32,027 bases of DNA from assembly GCA_947097535.1 (NCBI GenBank), contig CAMURM010000001.1, positions 1 through 32,027 of the forward strand, given 5' to 3'. Positions 1 through 9,274 of the stretch are shown one piece after another; the stretch's first letter is position 1; each line of letters starts with the position of its first letter. The DNA is from an uncultured Selenomonas sp. GTDB taxonomy: Bacteria; Bacillota; Negativicutes; Selenomonadales; Selenomonadaceae. Under the pieces are notes generated by a model, which saw nothing but the letters and a program-made list of their open reading frames with translations, was not told the DNA's origin and did no database searches. The position numbers and the translations under genes were made by a program.

Positions 1-43
1 GTAGCGTCTGATGCTCTATGATCCAGTCGATTATCTTTTGCAT
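1..43 (-). CDS. 5' end of a gene downstream of the endolysin (MQKIIDWIIEHQTL...), truncated by the window; possibly a lysis accessory or spanin-like protein
   Basis: AAGGGAGG RBS before ATG at 43 and open frame to the window edge; function guessed from position only. Confidence 0.5.
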   Translation of the reverse strand, partial: MQKIIDWIIEHQTL

Positions 44-69
44 CTTATCCCTCCCTTGGGCGGCATCCG

Positions 70-597
70 TCAAATCAGCTGCTCGTAGTCCGTCACGCCT
101 CGCGCGATGGCACGCGCGAAGTCGTCCTGATTGTCGCGCAGCAGCGCGGCATCATCTTCGTTGTCGATAAAGGCCAGCTCGACGAGCACGGCGGGCATGT
201 CGGTGTGCTTGAGGACATAGAGTCCAGGGCGATCCTTGAGTCCGCGATCTGTAGTGTCAAGACTGTCCACGATCTGACTCTGGATGCAGTTGCCGAGCTG
301 ACCGCTGCGCGTGCTGCCGGGATAAACACAGGTCTCCGTGCCATGCGCGTTGCCGTTAAAGGCGTTGCAGTGAATCGACACAAAAACATCCGCATCGCTC
401 CCGTTGGCTGCGCTTGTAATCGCATAGAGGCTGTCATCCTGCAGATTGCCGACGACCTCGATGCCTGCATTTACAAGGTAATGCTCCACGAGGTCGGCGA
501 CGCTCTTTGCCACGTCGCACTCCCGGAGACCGCAGCCGCAGGCTCCAGGATCAGGGTTGCCGTCCGGCGCATGGCCGGGATTCAAAAATACTTTCAT
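70..597 (-). CDS. Endolysin, N-acetylmuramoyl-L-alanine amidase (Amidase_3), 175 aa, catalytic domain only
   Basis: MKVFLNPGH...E...FVSIHCNA...PAVLVELAF zinc-amidase motifs; AGAAAGGA RBS before ATG at 597. Confidence 0.92.
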   Translation of the reverse strand: MKVFLNPGHAPDGNPDPGACGCGLRECDVAKSVADLVEHYLVNAGIEVVGNLQDDSLYAITSAANGSDADVFVSIHCNAFNGNAHGTETCVYPGSTRSGQLGNCIQSQIVDSLDTTDRGLKDRPGLYVLKHTDMPAVLVELAFIDNEDDAALLRDNQDDFARAIARGVTDYEQLI

Positions 598-614
598 TTC
601 AATCATCCTTTCTG

Positions 615-746
615 TTATTGCGGGCGGCACTCCCAAAGGGAGCGCTCCATCCGCTTGATCTCGTCGCTGTAAAACCCTACGCGTGTCGCGATGGCGAGAA
701 ACGCATAATAGCTGGTCCAAAGCTCCTGCCACTCCTCGCGTTTCAT
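615..746 (-). CDS. Small 43-aa hypothetical protein between holin and endolysin (not in ORF track)
   Basis: MKREEWQELWTSYYAFLAIATRVGFYSDEIKRMERSLWECRPQ; GGGAGG RBS; ATGA overlap with the holin stop; fills the gap to the endolysin RBS. Confidence 0.65.
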   Translation of the reverse strand: MKREEWQELWTSYYAFLAIATRVGFYSDEIKRMERSLWECRPQ

Positions 747-1246
747 TTCACTCGTCCTCCCTTCTCGCCGGATCGTTCGCTTTTTTCAAGCTGCAGCTGT
801 TCGAGCGTATCTCTCAGCTTTTTAGGGATGGGCACACCTGCATTTGCGGCATTTTCAACGATGCTCAAGCCCTCGTTGCCGATGAAAAACCATATCACCA
901 GAGATCGCGCAGCATCGCCGCCCATGAGATTGGACATCGCATGTGCCATGGCAACGATGGCGAGGACTAGTACCTTTTTGCAGATCCCCTTGAATCCCCT
1001 CTTGCTGCTCGGACCCATAAGCTCCGGATTGATTTGTGCCGCGATCAGGCCAGACACATAGTCAAGACCCATGAGCACCAAGAGCGCTTCCAACGGCTTA
1101 TCCCAGCCGCAAAGATATGCCGCCAGTCCTCCGATAACCGCTGTCATAGACCCCGTTGCCACCTCCGTGTTAGTCGGCACACAGCCGAGCAGCCAATTCC
1201 AAAGCTCCTGCATAGCCCGCAGCAAGCCGTCCCATACATCCTGCAT
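743..1246 (-). CDS. Holin (Phage_holin_4_1 / toxin secretion-phage lysis type)
   Basis: LDYVSG...SKRGFKGICKK...NEGLSIVENA...GVPIP motif and hydrophobic segments; GGAGGAGG RBS before ATG at 1246. Confidence 0.9.
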   Translation of the reverse strand: MQDVWDGLLRAMQELWNWLLGCVPTNTEVATGSMTAVIGGLAAYLCGWDKPLEALLVLMGLDYVSGLIAAQINPELMGPSSKRGFKGICKKVLVLAIVAMAHAMSNLMGGDAARSLVIWFFIGNEGLSIVENAANAGVPIPKKLRDTLEQLQLEKSERSGEKGGRVK

Positions 1247-1290
1247 AAGCCTCGCCTCCTCCAAACGCAAAAAGCCGCCCAAAAGCAGCT

Positions 1291-1542
1291 TCACAGGATA
1301 AACGCCTGCCTATTGTTCTTGCGTTTCTTCATCTTCCAAACCAAAAAATTATCCTCGATCTCCACCGCCGGGGCGTCCCTCGCGGCGCGTACGCCGATCT
1401 CAAGCGGCTCGACCTCCACCGCCGGGGCGTCCCTCACGGCGCGTACGCCAATCTCAAGCGGCTCGACCTCCACCGCCGGGGCGTCTCGCTTTTCTCGCTG
1501 CCCTGTCTCTAATGGTTCTATCGTTTCTGCCAAGTACTCCAT
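1291..1542 (-). CDS. 83-aa hypothetical protein with 18-aa tandem repeats and a basic C-terminus
   Basis: Starts 4 nt after the upstream stop; the EPLEIGVRAxRDAPAVEV repeats are in frame. Confidence 0.6.
   Translation of the reverse strand: MEYLAETIEPLETGQREKRDAPAVEVEPLEIGVRAVRDAPAVEVEPLEIGVRAARDAPAVEIEDNFLVWKMKKRKNNRQAFIL
1354..1515. repeat. 54-bp tandem repeat: two near-identical copies plus one half-degenerate copy
   Basis: Units 1354-1407 and 1408-1461 differ at 3 positions; the first 24 nt of 1462-1515 are identical to copy 2. Confidence 0.92.
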
Positions 1543-1546
1543 GGCA

Positions 1547-2413
1547 TCACTCGATTCGCAGCAGTACAGCACCGCCCGTGAACGTGCCTGTAGCGGGATT
1601 CGCGGGGATAACGCAGTGATACTTCGCATGCTCCGTGACCAGTGTATCGCCGTGCAAAAGATTCGGCACTGGATTCGTCATGTATTTTACCGTCTTGATC
1701 CCATCCAATTTGCCCCGAAAGCCCTCCTCATTGGAGCCATAATATATAGGAGACACCATGTACTTCTTTTCGAGATTCGGATCGATCACAGGCAATAGGG
1801 AGTAGGTATAGAGCGCATAGGCTTCATCCTTCGTTCCCAGAGCATCCGGGCAATCCGAGATACTGACACCCGTCTGATTCGCAGAAGAAGCGTACAAGAC
1901 ACCCCTGGATTGAGATTCCTTCAAGAAACGAGTATCCGGCTCGCCGAGGTAGAATACAACGGGACCCTGTATGGAGTTCGACTTCGGATATTCGAGTGAA
2001 AGGATGATCTTTCCGGCATCCGCATAGACATAATAATCGAGGATTGTCTCCATACTCAATGTTTGCCCCGTACCGTAAATATACAAAGGCTGCCACGCCC
2101 GTGCAGGTTTTGCAAAGGTTCCCGCCTCCCCGCTTCCTCCCGGTGTATAGGACGGCTGCAAGCGATACGACATCGTGCTGTAATCCGTTGTGACCACGGA
2201 ATATGCTTCGCTTGGGTTATTGTGGGTTCTATCGCGCAGGTTCAAAATCAGATCGCGATCTCCTGTCACGCCCTTCGAGTGGAGTACGACAAAGTCGGTT
2301 TCCGGCTTGGACGATATGTCCTGCCACCCCTTCTCCTTCAGCTTGTCGAGAATGAGTTGGTAAATTTCCTTCTTCCTGCACGTTCCTTTGGAAAAAATAT
2401 ACTCTTGTGCCAT
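1547..2413 (-). CDS. Putative tail fibre / receptor-binding virion protein, 288 aa
   Basis: Last long gene before the lysis cassette; N-terminal helix+GW pattern resembles the tail proteins at 9275-12682; beta-rich composition. Confidence 0.55.
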   Translation of the reverse strand: MAQEYIFSKGTCRKKEIYQLILDKLKEKGWQDISSKPETDFVVLHSKGVTGDRDLILNLRDRTHNNPSEAYSVVTTDYSTMSYRLQPSYTPGGSGEAGTFAKPARAWQPLYIYGTGQTLSMETILDYYVYADAGKIILSLEYPKSNSIQGPVVFYLGEPDTRFLKESQSRGVLYASSANQTGVSISDCPDALGTKDEAYALYTYSLLPVIDPNLEKKYMVSPIYYGSNEEGFRGKLDGIKTVKYMTNPVPNLLHGDTLVTEHAKYHCVIPANPATGTFTGGAVLLRIE

Positions 2414-2428
2414 GATGTTTTCGACCTC

Positions 2429-3097
2429 CTACTTGATCTTGATGGTCACGGATAAACCGTCGTCATTTTCCATAAGTCCCATGCGCAGCACGTCGCCTTC
2501 TTTGACGGCGATGTTCTGCACCAAGGGCGTAAACGTCTTGTACCGCGTCATTGCCGGCAAGGCGATTCTGCCGCCGATCGGCTCCCAGACTCCCGCGCCT
2601 GCGGCAAAAGAAGCGGCATCCATCTTTGCGAGCGGCAGGACGATTTCAGCGGCGACAGGCTCCGCCATGAGTACGGTGACGGACTGAATCACGCCTTGGT
2701 ACGGATAGACTACGCTGATGTCGCTGCCTTTGAAAACGACAGCATGCTCCGCGCTGCTGCCGCCGCCTTCGCCTGTGCCGAAGCGTTTCAGGACCCAAGA
2801 GGCTGTGCCGTCCGCAAAGGTATCGCCCTCGCCGTAACCAATCGGCTCGACGCCTGCGGACGTGCCCGCCTTCTCGCAGATCCAAAATCCCCAGCTTGGG
2901 CACGCCGATGTTCGCACGACGTCTTTCTTCTTGTACGCTTTCCCCGTCTGCCAAAGTTCGAAATGCGCCCGACTTTCTGCATGTTTCTTTGGTAGGGCGT
3001 TTTGGTCAATCGCTTGGAGCGCATCGTTGAACTGCCGTGTCAGAAGCGGCTTGGCTCCGTCAATCAGCGGGATTTCAAGTTTCGCTGTCGTCGTCAT
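2429..3097 (-). CDS. Putative tail fibre protein with a carbohydrate-binding-like (CBM5/12-type) segment, 222 aa
   Basis: WQTGKAYKKKDVV...WICEKAGTS...EP...DGTASW aromatic pattern; directly follows the tail tip gene. Confidence 0.55.
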   Translation of the reverse strand: MTTTAKLEIPLIDGAKPLLTRQFNDALQAIDQNALPKKHAESRAHFELWQTGKAYKKKDVVRTSACPSWGFWICEKAGTSAGVEPIGYGEGDTFADGTASWVLKRFGTGEGGGSSAEHAVVFKGSDISVVYPYQGVIQSVTVLMAEPVAAEIVLPLAKMDAASFAAGAGVWEPIGGRIALPAMTRYKTFTPLVQNIAVKEGDVLRMGLMENDDGLSVTIKIK

Positions 3098-6000
3098 GGC
3101 ATCCCCCTCCTCTCTTTGACTGTTTCACCGTCCCATGCGTAGCTCTGCACCTGTCCTCCTGCCGCCGCGGGTACATAGTACGAATTGAAAGTGTAGCCTT
3201 TTTTCATCGTATAGGCTGCAAGTTTCGCTTTGCCGCTCACGCAGAGAATCTCGCCCGTAAGCCGATAGCTTTTACCATTGTGCCCAAAGATCGCGTCATC
3301 TTCTGTCGGCGGCGCTTCTTCACCGAGTGCAAAGAGCGGCAAGTCTTTATACATGACTTGTTTCGATGTCGCCATCGCGCCGTCGGGGATGACAATGCGA
3401 TCGACGATGCCCCACGCTTGCAACCGTTCACGCGCTTCGTCTTCGGATGCGACGACATCGACGAGTACGGGAATCGTTCGACGGAATGTGCGCTCGTGCG
3501 CTTGATAGGATAAAAGCCCCTCGCGTCTTGCGAAAAGCTCTAAGCGCACCATGTCGGAGAGATTCCGAAAGTCAAGACAGTGCTGCTCCCAACCCAGCGT
3601 GACAGGTGATTGGGGAAAGGCGTATTCTCTGACTTCATCGCCGACCGTAAGCCGCACGAGGTAGTCGGTTCCTTCTGCCGCTTCCAACGGCTGCTTCGTC
3701 CAGTATTCGAGCACGTCGTCCTGCGATACGGCGCCGAAGCTCTGCCGATTGTTGCGCGGCGCAAACGATACGCAGACATCTCCGGCAAGTTCCTTGACCT
3801 TAACCTGCTCTTCGACCATGTGTCCGCTGATGCGAAACCTGCCGGGCACGACAGGTAAAAGAGAGCGCCTTTTCGTCGTGAGCGACTGCACCTTCGTATG
3901 ATCGAAGTCCTCTTTATGCTTGACGGTTGCCGTTGTGATATTGTATTCTTCCGTGACCGTCTCCCCCGCCGCACAGACGGGTCCGCCCGTCGTGACCTGT
4001 GCATAGTTGCCGCTGCGGATGAAAAAGACGTGCGCCTGCGACGTATGCTTTTTCGGCACGGTGTCAAAGACGCCGCGCAGTACGCCTTTGACATACCAAT
4101 GCCCATTTGCCAACTCAACGAGCGTACTGTATGCCATGATCTCATCATCAATGACAAGCAGCCGATTTCCCTTGCGTGCAGCTGCAATGTCGACAGTGCT
4201 ACTCTCAAGCTCCTCTACGCCGCCGAGGTTGACGATCTCAAAGCCCAAGATGTCCTCGACGTCGCTGAACTCCTCGATGTCATAGACAAGCCGTCCCGTC
4301 GGCGTCCACTTGCTCATGGTGTATGTGCTGACAAAGGGCTTACCCGTTTCTTGTCGCCAGACCGTCCATAGATCCGTCTTTTCATCGGGACGCGCGGCAA
4401 AGGCTGCGACGTAGGTATCACGATCCTGGACGATCTCATAGGGCAGTTCGAGATACTTCATAATCTGCACACCTGCGGGGTACTTGTCCTCGGGCTTCCA
4501 CTCCGTAGAATCCGAGAAGGAAAAGTCCGTCTTAGAGAGCCCGAACACGTCCTCGATGGTTTCCAGCTGCACTTTCCCATCGAGAAAGTCGCCGAGATCG
4601 ACGCTCGTTACGCGCAGGAGCATGTGCCGGATAGCGTACGGCGGCCAATCGAGGACGACGACATCGCCGATGCGAACATCCGCCAGCTCGCGGTTTCCCT
4701 CGATGCTGACCGTTGCCAGCGGATAGCCTTGCGCATGCAGCTCACGCTCTGCCGCCCATTTGGCATTGCCTGGTGTCGTGAAAAAGTTGTAGTCATACGT
4801 CTTGATCGTCTGCACACCGTGATGAATCTCGATGTTGGCGGGATCCCGCGCCGGAATTGTCCCGGCTTCGTATTGATTGGAGCGGTCGATGAACGACACG
4901 GACACTTCCGAGATGGTTTCCGACCAGTCGAGGCGGGATATGTCCGCCTTGCTGCAGTTCGAGGGATTGATCCGCAGGCATTCTTGCACCTTGTAATCAT
5001 CCCGAATCAAACGGAAGGTGAGTTTTCCCGTCGCCGGATGCGAGAAGCGCACGGCGTTAATATGCTCACAGATCTTGTCAATGAGCGCCTGCGCCTTGCT
5101 TTTGGAGGTAAGCTGCACAGATAAGCCGATGCCCTCTTTCTTGAGCGTTTCGCCCATTTTGACGAGGGATTCACGGTCGACGACGTCGGGATTTTCTGCA
5201 ACGCCCCAATCGGTGTTGGTAATGAGCGCGTAGAGGATTTCCGCCGGATTCGCATCTTCGCCGATCTGCCCTAAGCCTAAGGCGTTCGGGCAGTGCTGTA
5301 GCTCAATCCACGTCTCGGGGATCGTCGCGCGCTTGCCGATGTAGGCGGTCGGTACGACAGCGGAAACGTATGGCGCATAGCCGGGCGTAAGGCCGCGAAG
5401 CTCCTTCTGCACGCTTTCGCGTCGCATCTCCTTCGCCATCCACGGATGCGGCGTCTGCTCCTCGCCGCCCAAGTAGACGGCAAAATCGCCGATAAAGCCG
5501 CCGCCCTCGTCCACGCCACCGAAAAGCTCGGGTTTATCAATGGAGAGCGTATGCACCGCGCCTTTCAGCTCCGACCGCTTCAAGTCCCCTTCCCAGACTT
5601 TCTTCTGCCCCATGTAGATGGCGCGAAGCCGCATCTCCTCGCCCGACCACGCAATGAGGAACTGATAGCCGAGGTAATACTTAAATCCTTTCTGCACCGT
5701 CGTCTTGAGGTTTCGCCCGTTGATGAGCCAGTTTAAGAGCCATAGAAAGAGCGAATTGAGCAAAGGACCAATATAATCGTCTTTCGTCAGGCCTTGCGTT
5801 TCCGAGTGAACGTCTTTTACAACGCCGCCGGCGCCGCCTATGACCGTGCCGCCAGCCGACTGCTGCCCTTTGCCTCTCGAGTGCCCCGTCCAAAGCATCC
5901 CGATGTACTGCGCGATCAGCGACAGGACGAGCGGCCACGCGCTGAAATTCGCGTGCGCCGCATACGTTTCTGTATAGGCGCGAAAAGAAAAATCTCCGAA

Positions 6001-6195
6001 GTACGAAACGATCGGAAATTTGACAAGGCAGCGCCCGAGGACGACGGGGATCGGGCTGCCGATCTTCGTCTGATTGGCAGTCACATTGAGATTCTCCGGC
6101 TTGCCCGCTTCCTCCGCGCTGTTTGAGCCTTTGTTGAGGAGCGACAAAAGCCACGTCGATATGCCCCAGCCCACATATTTATTGATCGCTGACAT
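3094..6195 (-). CDS. Tail tip / central fibre protein (Phage-tail_3, gpJ/megatron-like), 1033 aa
   Basis: GSPIPVVLG, LFGGxDEGGG, DANPAEILY, GKLTFRLIRDDY and RGVFDTVP motifs; follows the BR0599-type hub. Confidence 0.85.
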   Translation of the reverse strand: MSAINKYVGWGISTWLLSLLNKGSNSAEEAGKPENLNVTANQTKIGSPIPVVLGRCLVKFPIVSYFGDFSFRAYTETYAAHANFSAWPLVLSLIAQYIGMLWTGHSRGKGQQSAGGTVIGGAGGVVKDVHSETQGLTKDDYIGPLLNSLFLWLLNWLINGRNLKTTVQKGFKYYLGYQFLIAWSGEEMRLRAIYMGQKKVWEGDLKRSELKGAVHTLSIDKPELFGGVDEGGGFIGDFAVYLGGEEQTPHPWMAKEMRRESVQKELRGLTPGYAPYVSAVVPTAYIGKRATIPETWIELQHCPNALGLGQIGEDANPAEILYALITNTDWGVAENPDVVDRESLVKMGETLKKEGIGLSVQLTSKSKAQALIDKICEHINAVRFSHPATGKLTFRLIRDDYKVQECLRINPSNCSKADISRLDWSETISEVSVSFIDRSNQYEAGTIPARDPANIEIHHGVQTIKTYDYNFFTTPGNAKWAAERELHAQGYPLATVSIEGNRELADVRIGDVVVLDWPPYAIRHMLLRVTSVDLGDFLDGKVQLETIEDVFGLSKTDFSFSDSTEWKPEDKYPAGVQIMKYLELPYEIVQDRDTYVAAFAARPDEKTDLWTVWRQETGKPFVSTYTMSKWTPTGRLVYDIEEFSDVEDILGFEIVNLGGVEELESSTVDIAAARKGNRLLVIDDEIMAYSTLVELANGHWYVKGVLRGVFDTVPKKHTSQAHVFFIRSGNYAQVTTGGPVCAAGETVTEEYNITTATVKHKEDFDHTKVQSLTTKRRSLLPVVPGRFRISGHMVEEQVKVKELAGDVCVSFAPRNNRQSFGAVSQDDVLEYWTKQPLEAAEGTDYLVRLTVGDEVREYAFPQSPVTLGWEQHCLDFRNLSDMVRLELFARREGLLSYQAHERTFRRTIPVLVDVVASEDEARERLQAWGIVDRIVIPDGAMATSKQVMYKDLPLFALGEEAPPTEDDAIFGHNGKSYRLTGEILCVSGKAKLAAYTMKKGYTFNSYYVPAAAGGQVQSYAWDGETVKERRGMP

Positions 6196-6204
6196 CCTCT
6201 CACC

Positions 6205-7101
6205 TCAAATCTTGATCGTGCCGACAAAGCCGTTCGTATCGCGCTGCACGACGAGCGAATCGATCCAATACGCGCCCGTGCCCGTCGGATTCTTCTCGGG
6301 ATCGGTCGGCGGCGCATACGGCACACCCGAAAAATGCACCGTGTTCTTGAAGCGCATCGCGCACGTCCGAAAGAGCGAATCGCAGCCGGGTACGACAAAG
6401 ACATCGTTTCTCGGCGTATGCGCGGCAGGGTACTTCATCCAAACGAACTTCCCCGTATGCTGCGTGATCTGCCGCACATGCTCGCCGTAATATATCCTGC
6501 CGCCCGTGAAGTAGCCGTCCGGGTACTCAGCGAATTTCGAGGACTGCACCTTGAGCCCATCCACCTCATCGACGAACGCCTTGACCTGCCAATCTTCGCG
6601 CTGCAATTTGCAGTTGTGGTCGAAAATCGTATGATTGCAGTAGTATTGATTCATGCCGCACGGCAGTTCCTTTTTTACCCACGCATCCAGATCGGCGGTC
6701 AGTTCACATTCGGATTCGGTGAAATGCACCTGGCCGATACGCGCTGAGAGGACGCAGATAAACTTCGAGAAATCATCGGCGTGCAGGCGGTACACTTGGC
6801 ACGAAACGGGGATTTCCGGCGGCGCTCCTTCAAAAAGTTTTGCGACCGCATGATCCTTCGATACCTTGATCGTACAGCTCTCGATGCTGCCCGCACTGCC
6901 GGGGCGAATGTTTTCCCTCGATATGACTTCGGCAAAATACTTCTCGGTACGTCTCTTGCCGTCCTCAATGATTTCGATTTCCACATCGTCCGCCGCGCTC
7001 GTATAGAGATACGACATCTCGCCATGCGTGAACTTGAAACACTCAATCGGCATGCCGTCGGCTATGGAGCTTTCCTGCCTTGCGATCGGATTATCGCTCA
7101 T
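6205..7101 (-). CDS. Tail hub protein, DUF2163 / phage BR0599 family with Cys ligands
   Basis: CNHTIFDHNC and PGCDSLFRTCxxRFKNxxHFSGVPY motifs typical of the Fe-S-binding BR0599/gpL-like C-terminus. Confidence 0.85.
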   Translation of the reverse strand: MSDNPIARQESSIADGMPIECFKFTHGEMSYLYTSAADDVEIEIIEDGKRRTEKYFAEVISRENIRPGSAGSIESCTIKVSKDHAVAKLFEGAPPEIPVSCQVYRLHADDFSKFICVLSARIGQVHFTESECELTADLDAWVKKELPCGMNQYYCNHTIFDHNCKLQREDWQVKAFVDEVDGLKVQSSKFAEYPDGYFTGGRIYYGEHVRQITQHTGKFVWMKYPAAHTPRNDVFVVPGCDSLFRTCAMRFKNTVHFSGVPYAPPTDPEKNPTGTGAYWIDSLVVQRDTNGFVGTIKI

Positions 7102-8318
7102 TACGCATCGACCTCCTTTAGACTGAGCCGCACCGTTGCCGCGCCCGTCGTTTCGTAGTCCACGACGAGATCATCTTCGGCAAAGCGGCAGCGCGTGAAA
7201 AAAGAGATCATGCGCACGTCCTGCGGCAGAATCTCATGCTTGAGCGGCGTTTCGAGATATACTTTTCCGAGCGTGCCCGTTTCGTTGTGCGAAAAGCCCG
7301 CCAGTGGCAAAATCTCGGCGCTGCCGTTTTTATAAAAAAGGACGGCGAGCCGCCGCCTTGAAGCCTTCGCATAATATTTCCAATGATAGGGAAACGATGC
7401 CAAAAGGAAGATTTGCCCTGCCGGCTGCCGTCCCTCGATGTCGATATCATTGAACCACGTCGGCGCATAAAACGACTTCCAGGCGCCCTTACAGCGCATG
7501 AAAAAACGCTCGATGTTGTGAATCTCCGCCTTAGACAGCCCCGCGATGGAAAACTCCCGCGTTTCCGCAGGATTCACGCCCTTGAGATCGTAGCGAAAGA
7601 CGCCGCTCTTGTAGTCCAAGCGATTGGCGTTCTTCGCATAGCTTGCCGAAATATCTTCTTCCCACTGCGGCGCGAAGCGGAACACTTCTGCGCCAAGATA
7701 CGTTGGCGGCAGTCCGAAGGCAAAGCGCGACGTGCCTGCCATCGGCTCGTCGTGCATCTCGTCCCACGCCGCAGGAAAGTCCGGCGCACGCTGGTTGCGG
7801 AAAAGCTCCAAATTGAGCGTCATCTGCACAGCGTCGCCATGCAGATTGGCGAAGGAATCGTCGTCCTGCAAGATGCCGTAGAATACAGGAATGATCGTCG
7901 CAAGATGCGGCTTGTAGTTTCGCTTGAGCTGCTTTTCCAGCCCCATCACGCCATTTGCCGCAAGGTACTTGATTTCGTACTTGCCGCCGCCGCGCTTGTC
8001 GTCGCGCCACAGCTCCACGCTGCCGATGTTTCGAAAGCTCCACATTGCTTCCGTCGGTATTCGGATGGTGGTCTGCCCCTCATAGGCGTGATCTTCCAAG
8101 AGCGTTGCCGCGTGCCAAAGCGGCAGCTCGATGAGCTGCGTGCCGCTCTTGTAGGCGAGCATGCGCAGGTATTGGCTCTGCCACGATGCACAGCCGATAT
8201 AGTCATAAGCGACGTAGCGGCGCGGCTCCTGCCGGAGTGCCATGCGCTGCTCCTTGCCGTCCCATGCCGTATGAATCTGCGTCAAGTAGGACATCTTCGC
8301 GCTGATTTTCTCTGCCAC
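7101..8318 (-). CDS. Distal tail / baseplate protein (DUF2460-like duplicated domain); GTG start, or C-terminal part of a frameshifted gene
   Basis: YLTQIHTAWDGKEQRMALRQEPRR and FFxRxKGAWKSFYAPTW motifs resembling D3112/YuA-type tail proteins. Confidence 0.72.
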   Translation of the reverse strand: MAEKISAKMSYLTQIHTAWDGKEQRMALRQEPRRYVAYDYIGCASWQSQYLRMLAYKSGTQLIELPLWHAATLLEDHAYEGQTTIRIPTEAMWSFRNIGSVELWRDDKRGGGKYEIKYLAANGVMGLEKQLKRNYKPHLATIIPVFYGILQDDDSFANLHGDAVQMTLNLELFRNQRAPDFPAAWDEMHDEPMAGTSRFAFGLPPTYLGAEVFRFAPQWEEDISASYAKNANRLDYKSGVFRYDLKGVNPAETREFSIAGLSKAEIHNIERFFMRCKGAWKSFYAPTWFNDIDIEGRQPAGQIFLLASFPYHWKYYAKASRRRLAVLFYKNGSAEILPLAGFSHNETGTLGKVYLETPLKHEILPQDVRMISFFTRCRFAEDDLVVDYETTGAATVRLSLKEVDA

Positions 8319-8322
8319 TTCG

Positions 8323-9252
8323 TCACCCCCAGTTCGGGCTCAAATCAAAGATTTTCTCTTCCAGGTCGAGAATCGTGCGGCGGCTGATCCACTTGAACAT
8401 CTGCCAGAGCATCCAAGGCTCATAGCACGGCTTCCCAAGATTCTTTGTGCCCATGAAAAGCGACATCGTGAGAAGCGCGGCAAAGACGTACTTTCCAAAG
8501 ACGAGTGCGACCGCTTCGCGCACCGCTTTTTTCGGCACGGCGACAAGAGCATCTGCATCCTCATGGATGCTGCGCGGATAAACACCGTCAGCGATCAGCC
8601 GCCGCACTTCGGCAAGCAGCCATTGGCGCAGCTCTTCCACCGCGCGATTTTCCTGCGCTTCCAGCTTGCCGTGCGGTTCATTCGGAATGGGATCGTCGCT
8701 CTCGGACACTCCACGAGCCGAAAGCCAGTCCTGCAAGCGCGTGAAAAAAATATGGAAGGTTTCCGTCAGGTACCTTTCTGCCTCGCCCCAAAGAAGGTCG
8801 ATGCTCCACGCCTCTCGTGCGCTCAACTCGCGTGAAGCGACGAGGAACGCCGACGCATAAGAAGCCGCATCAAAGAAATAGACGAAAGCATGGCTTTCCA
8901 GTACATCGACCGCCACAGCGAGCGACTGCCACGTTCTCGCAATTCTCGTCGTTTCGCTGCCGTCCGCATGGACTGTCGTGAGCACCCCCGTGCGCACATT
9001 CCACCGCCAAGACACGGCGTCAGCGGGCATATCCCAAGCCGTCGGCACATCCGCGCCCCACAGGATGTCAAGCGACGACAGGAGGCTGACGGTCGCCTCA
9101 TCGCCATAAATCGTGCGATTTTGATCGATGCCGAGCGTTCCCAACGGCTTCAGCCGCACGCTCGGCATCGGTTGCGGCGCTCTGCCGAGGCTCCTGCTCA
9201 TGCCGCAAAAGCCGCCTGTAGCTTTCAGCATCGCACATGTCAGCATCGCCAT
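8323..9252 (-). CDS. Hypothetical tail-module protein, 309 aa; possibly the N-terminal part of the 7101-8318 protein
   Basis: AGAAGGGG RBS; long ORF filling the operon; ends in FDLSPNWG next to a G5 run. Confidence 0.6.
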   Translation of the reverse strand: MAMLTCAMLKATGGFCGMSRSLGRAPQPMPSVRLKPLGTLGIDQNRTIYGDEATVSLLSSLDILWGADVPTAWDMPADAVSWRWNVRTGVLTTVHADGSETTRIARTWQSLAVAVDVLESHAFVYFFDAASYASAFLVASRELSAREAWSIDLLWGEAERYLTETFHIFFTRLQDWLSARGVSESDDPIPNEPHGKLEAQENRAVEELRQWLLAEVRRLIADGVYPRSIHEDADALVAVPKKAVREAVALVFGKYVFAALLTMSLFMGTKNLGKPCYEPWMLWQMFKWISRRTILDLEEKIFDLSPNWG

Positions 9253-9274
9253 CGCCCCTTTCTTCTACGCCCTG

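Noticed and set aside
598..732. N-terminal extension of the endolysin given in the ORF track
   Set aside because: A better RBS and the domain start point to 597; the region is better explained by the 615-746 ORF
1211..1246. Holin dual-start motif (MQDVW... / MQELW...)
   Set aside because: The second Met lacks a convincing Shine-Dalgarno sequence; insufficient support
1354..1515. Possible mini-CRISPR (24-bp repeat with 30-bp spacers)
   Set aside because: Two of the spacers are near-identical, the unit is in-frame coding sequence, and no cas genes or leader are present
1547..6195. Diversity-generating retroelement or invertible tail-fibre cassette
   Set aside because: No reverse transcriptase, recombinase, TR/VR pair or inverted fibre copies seen in the window
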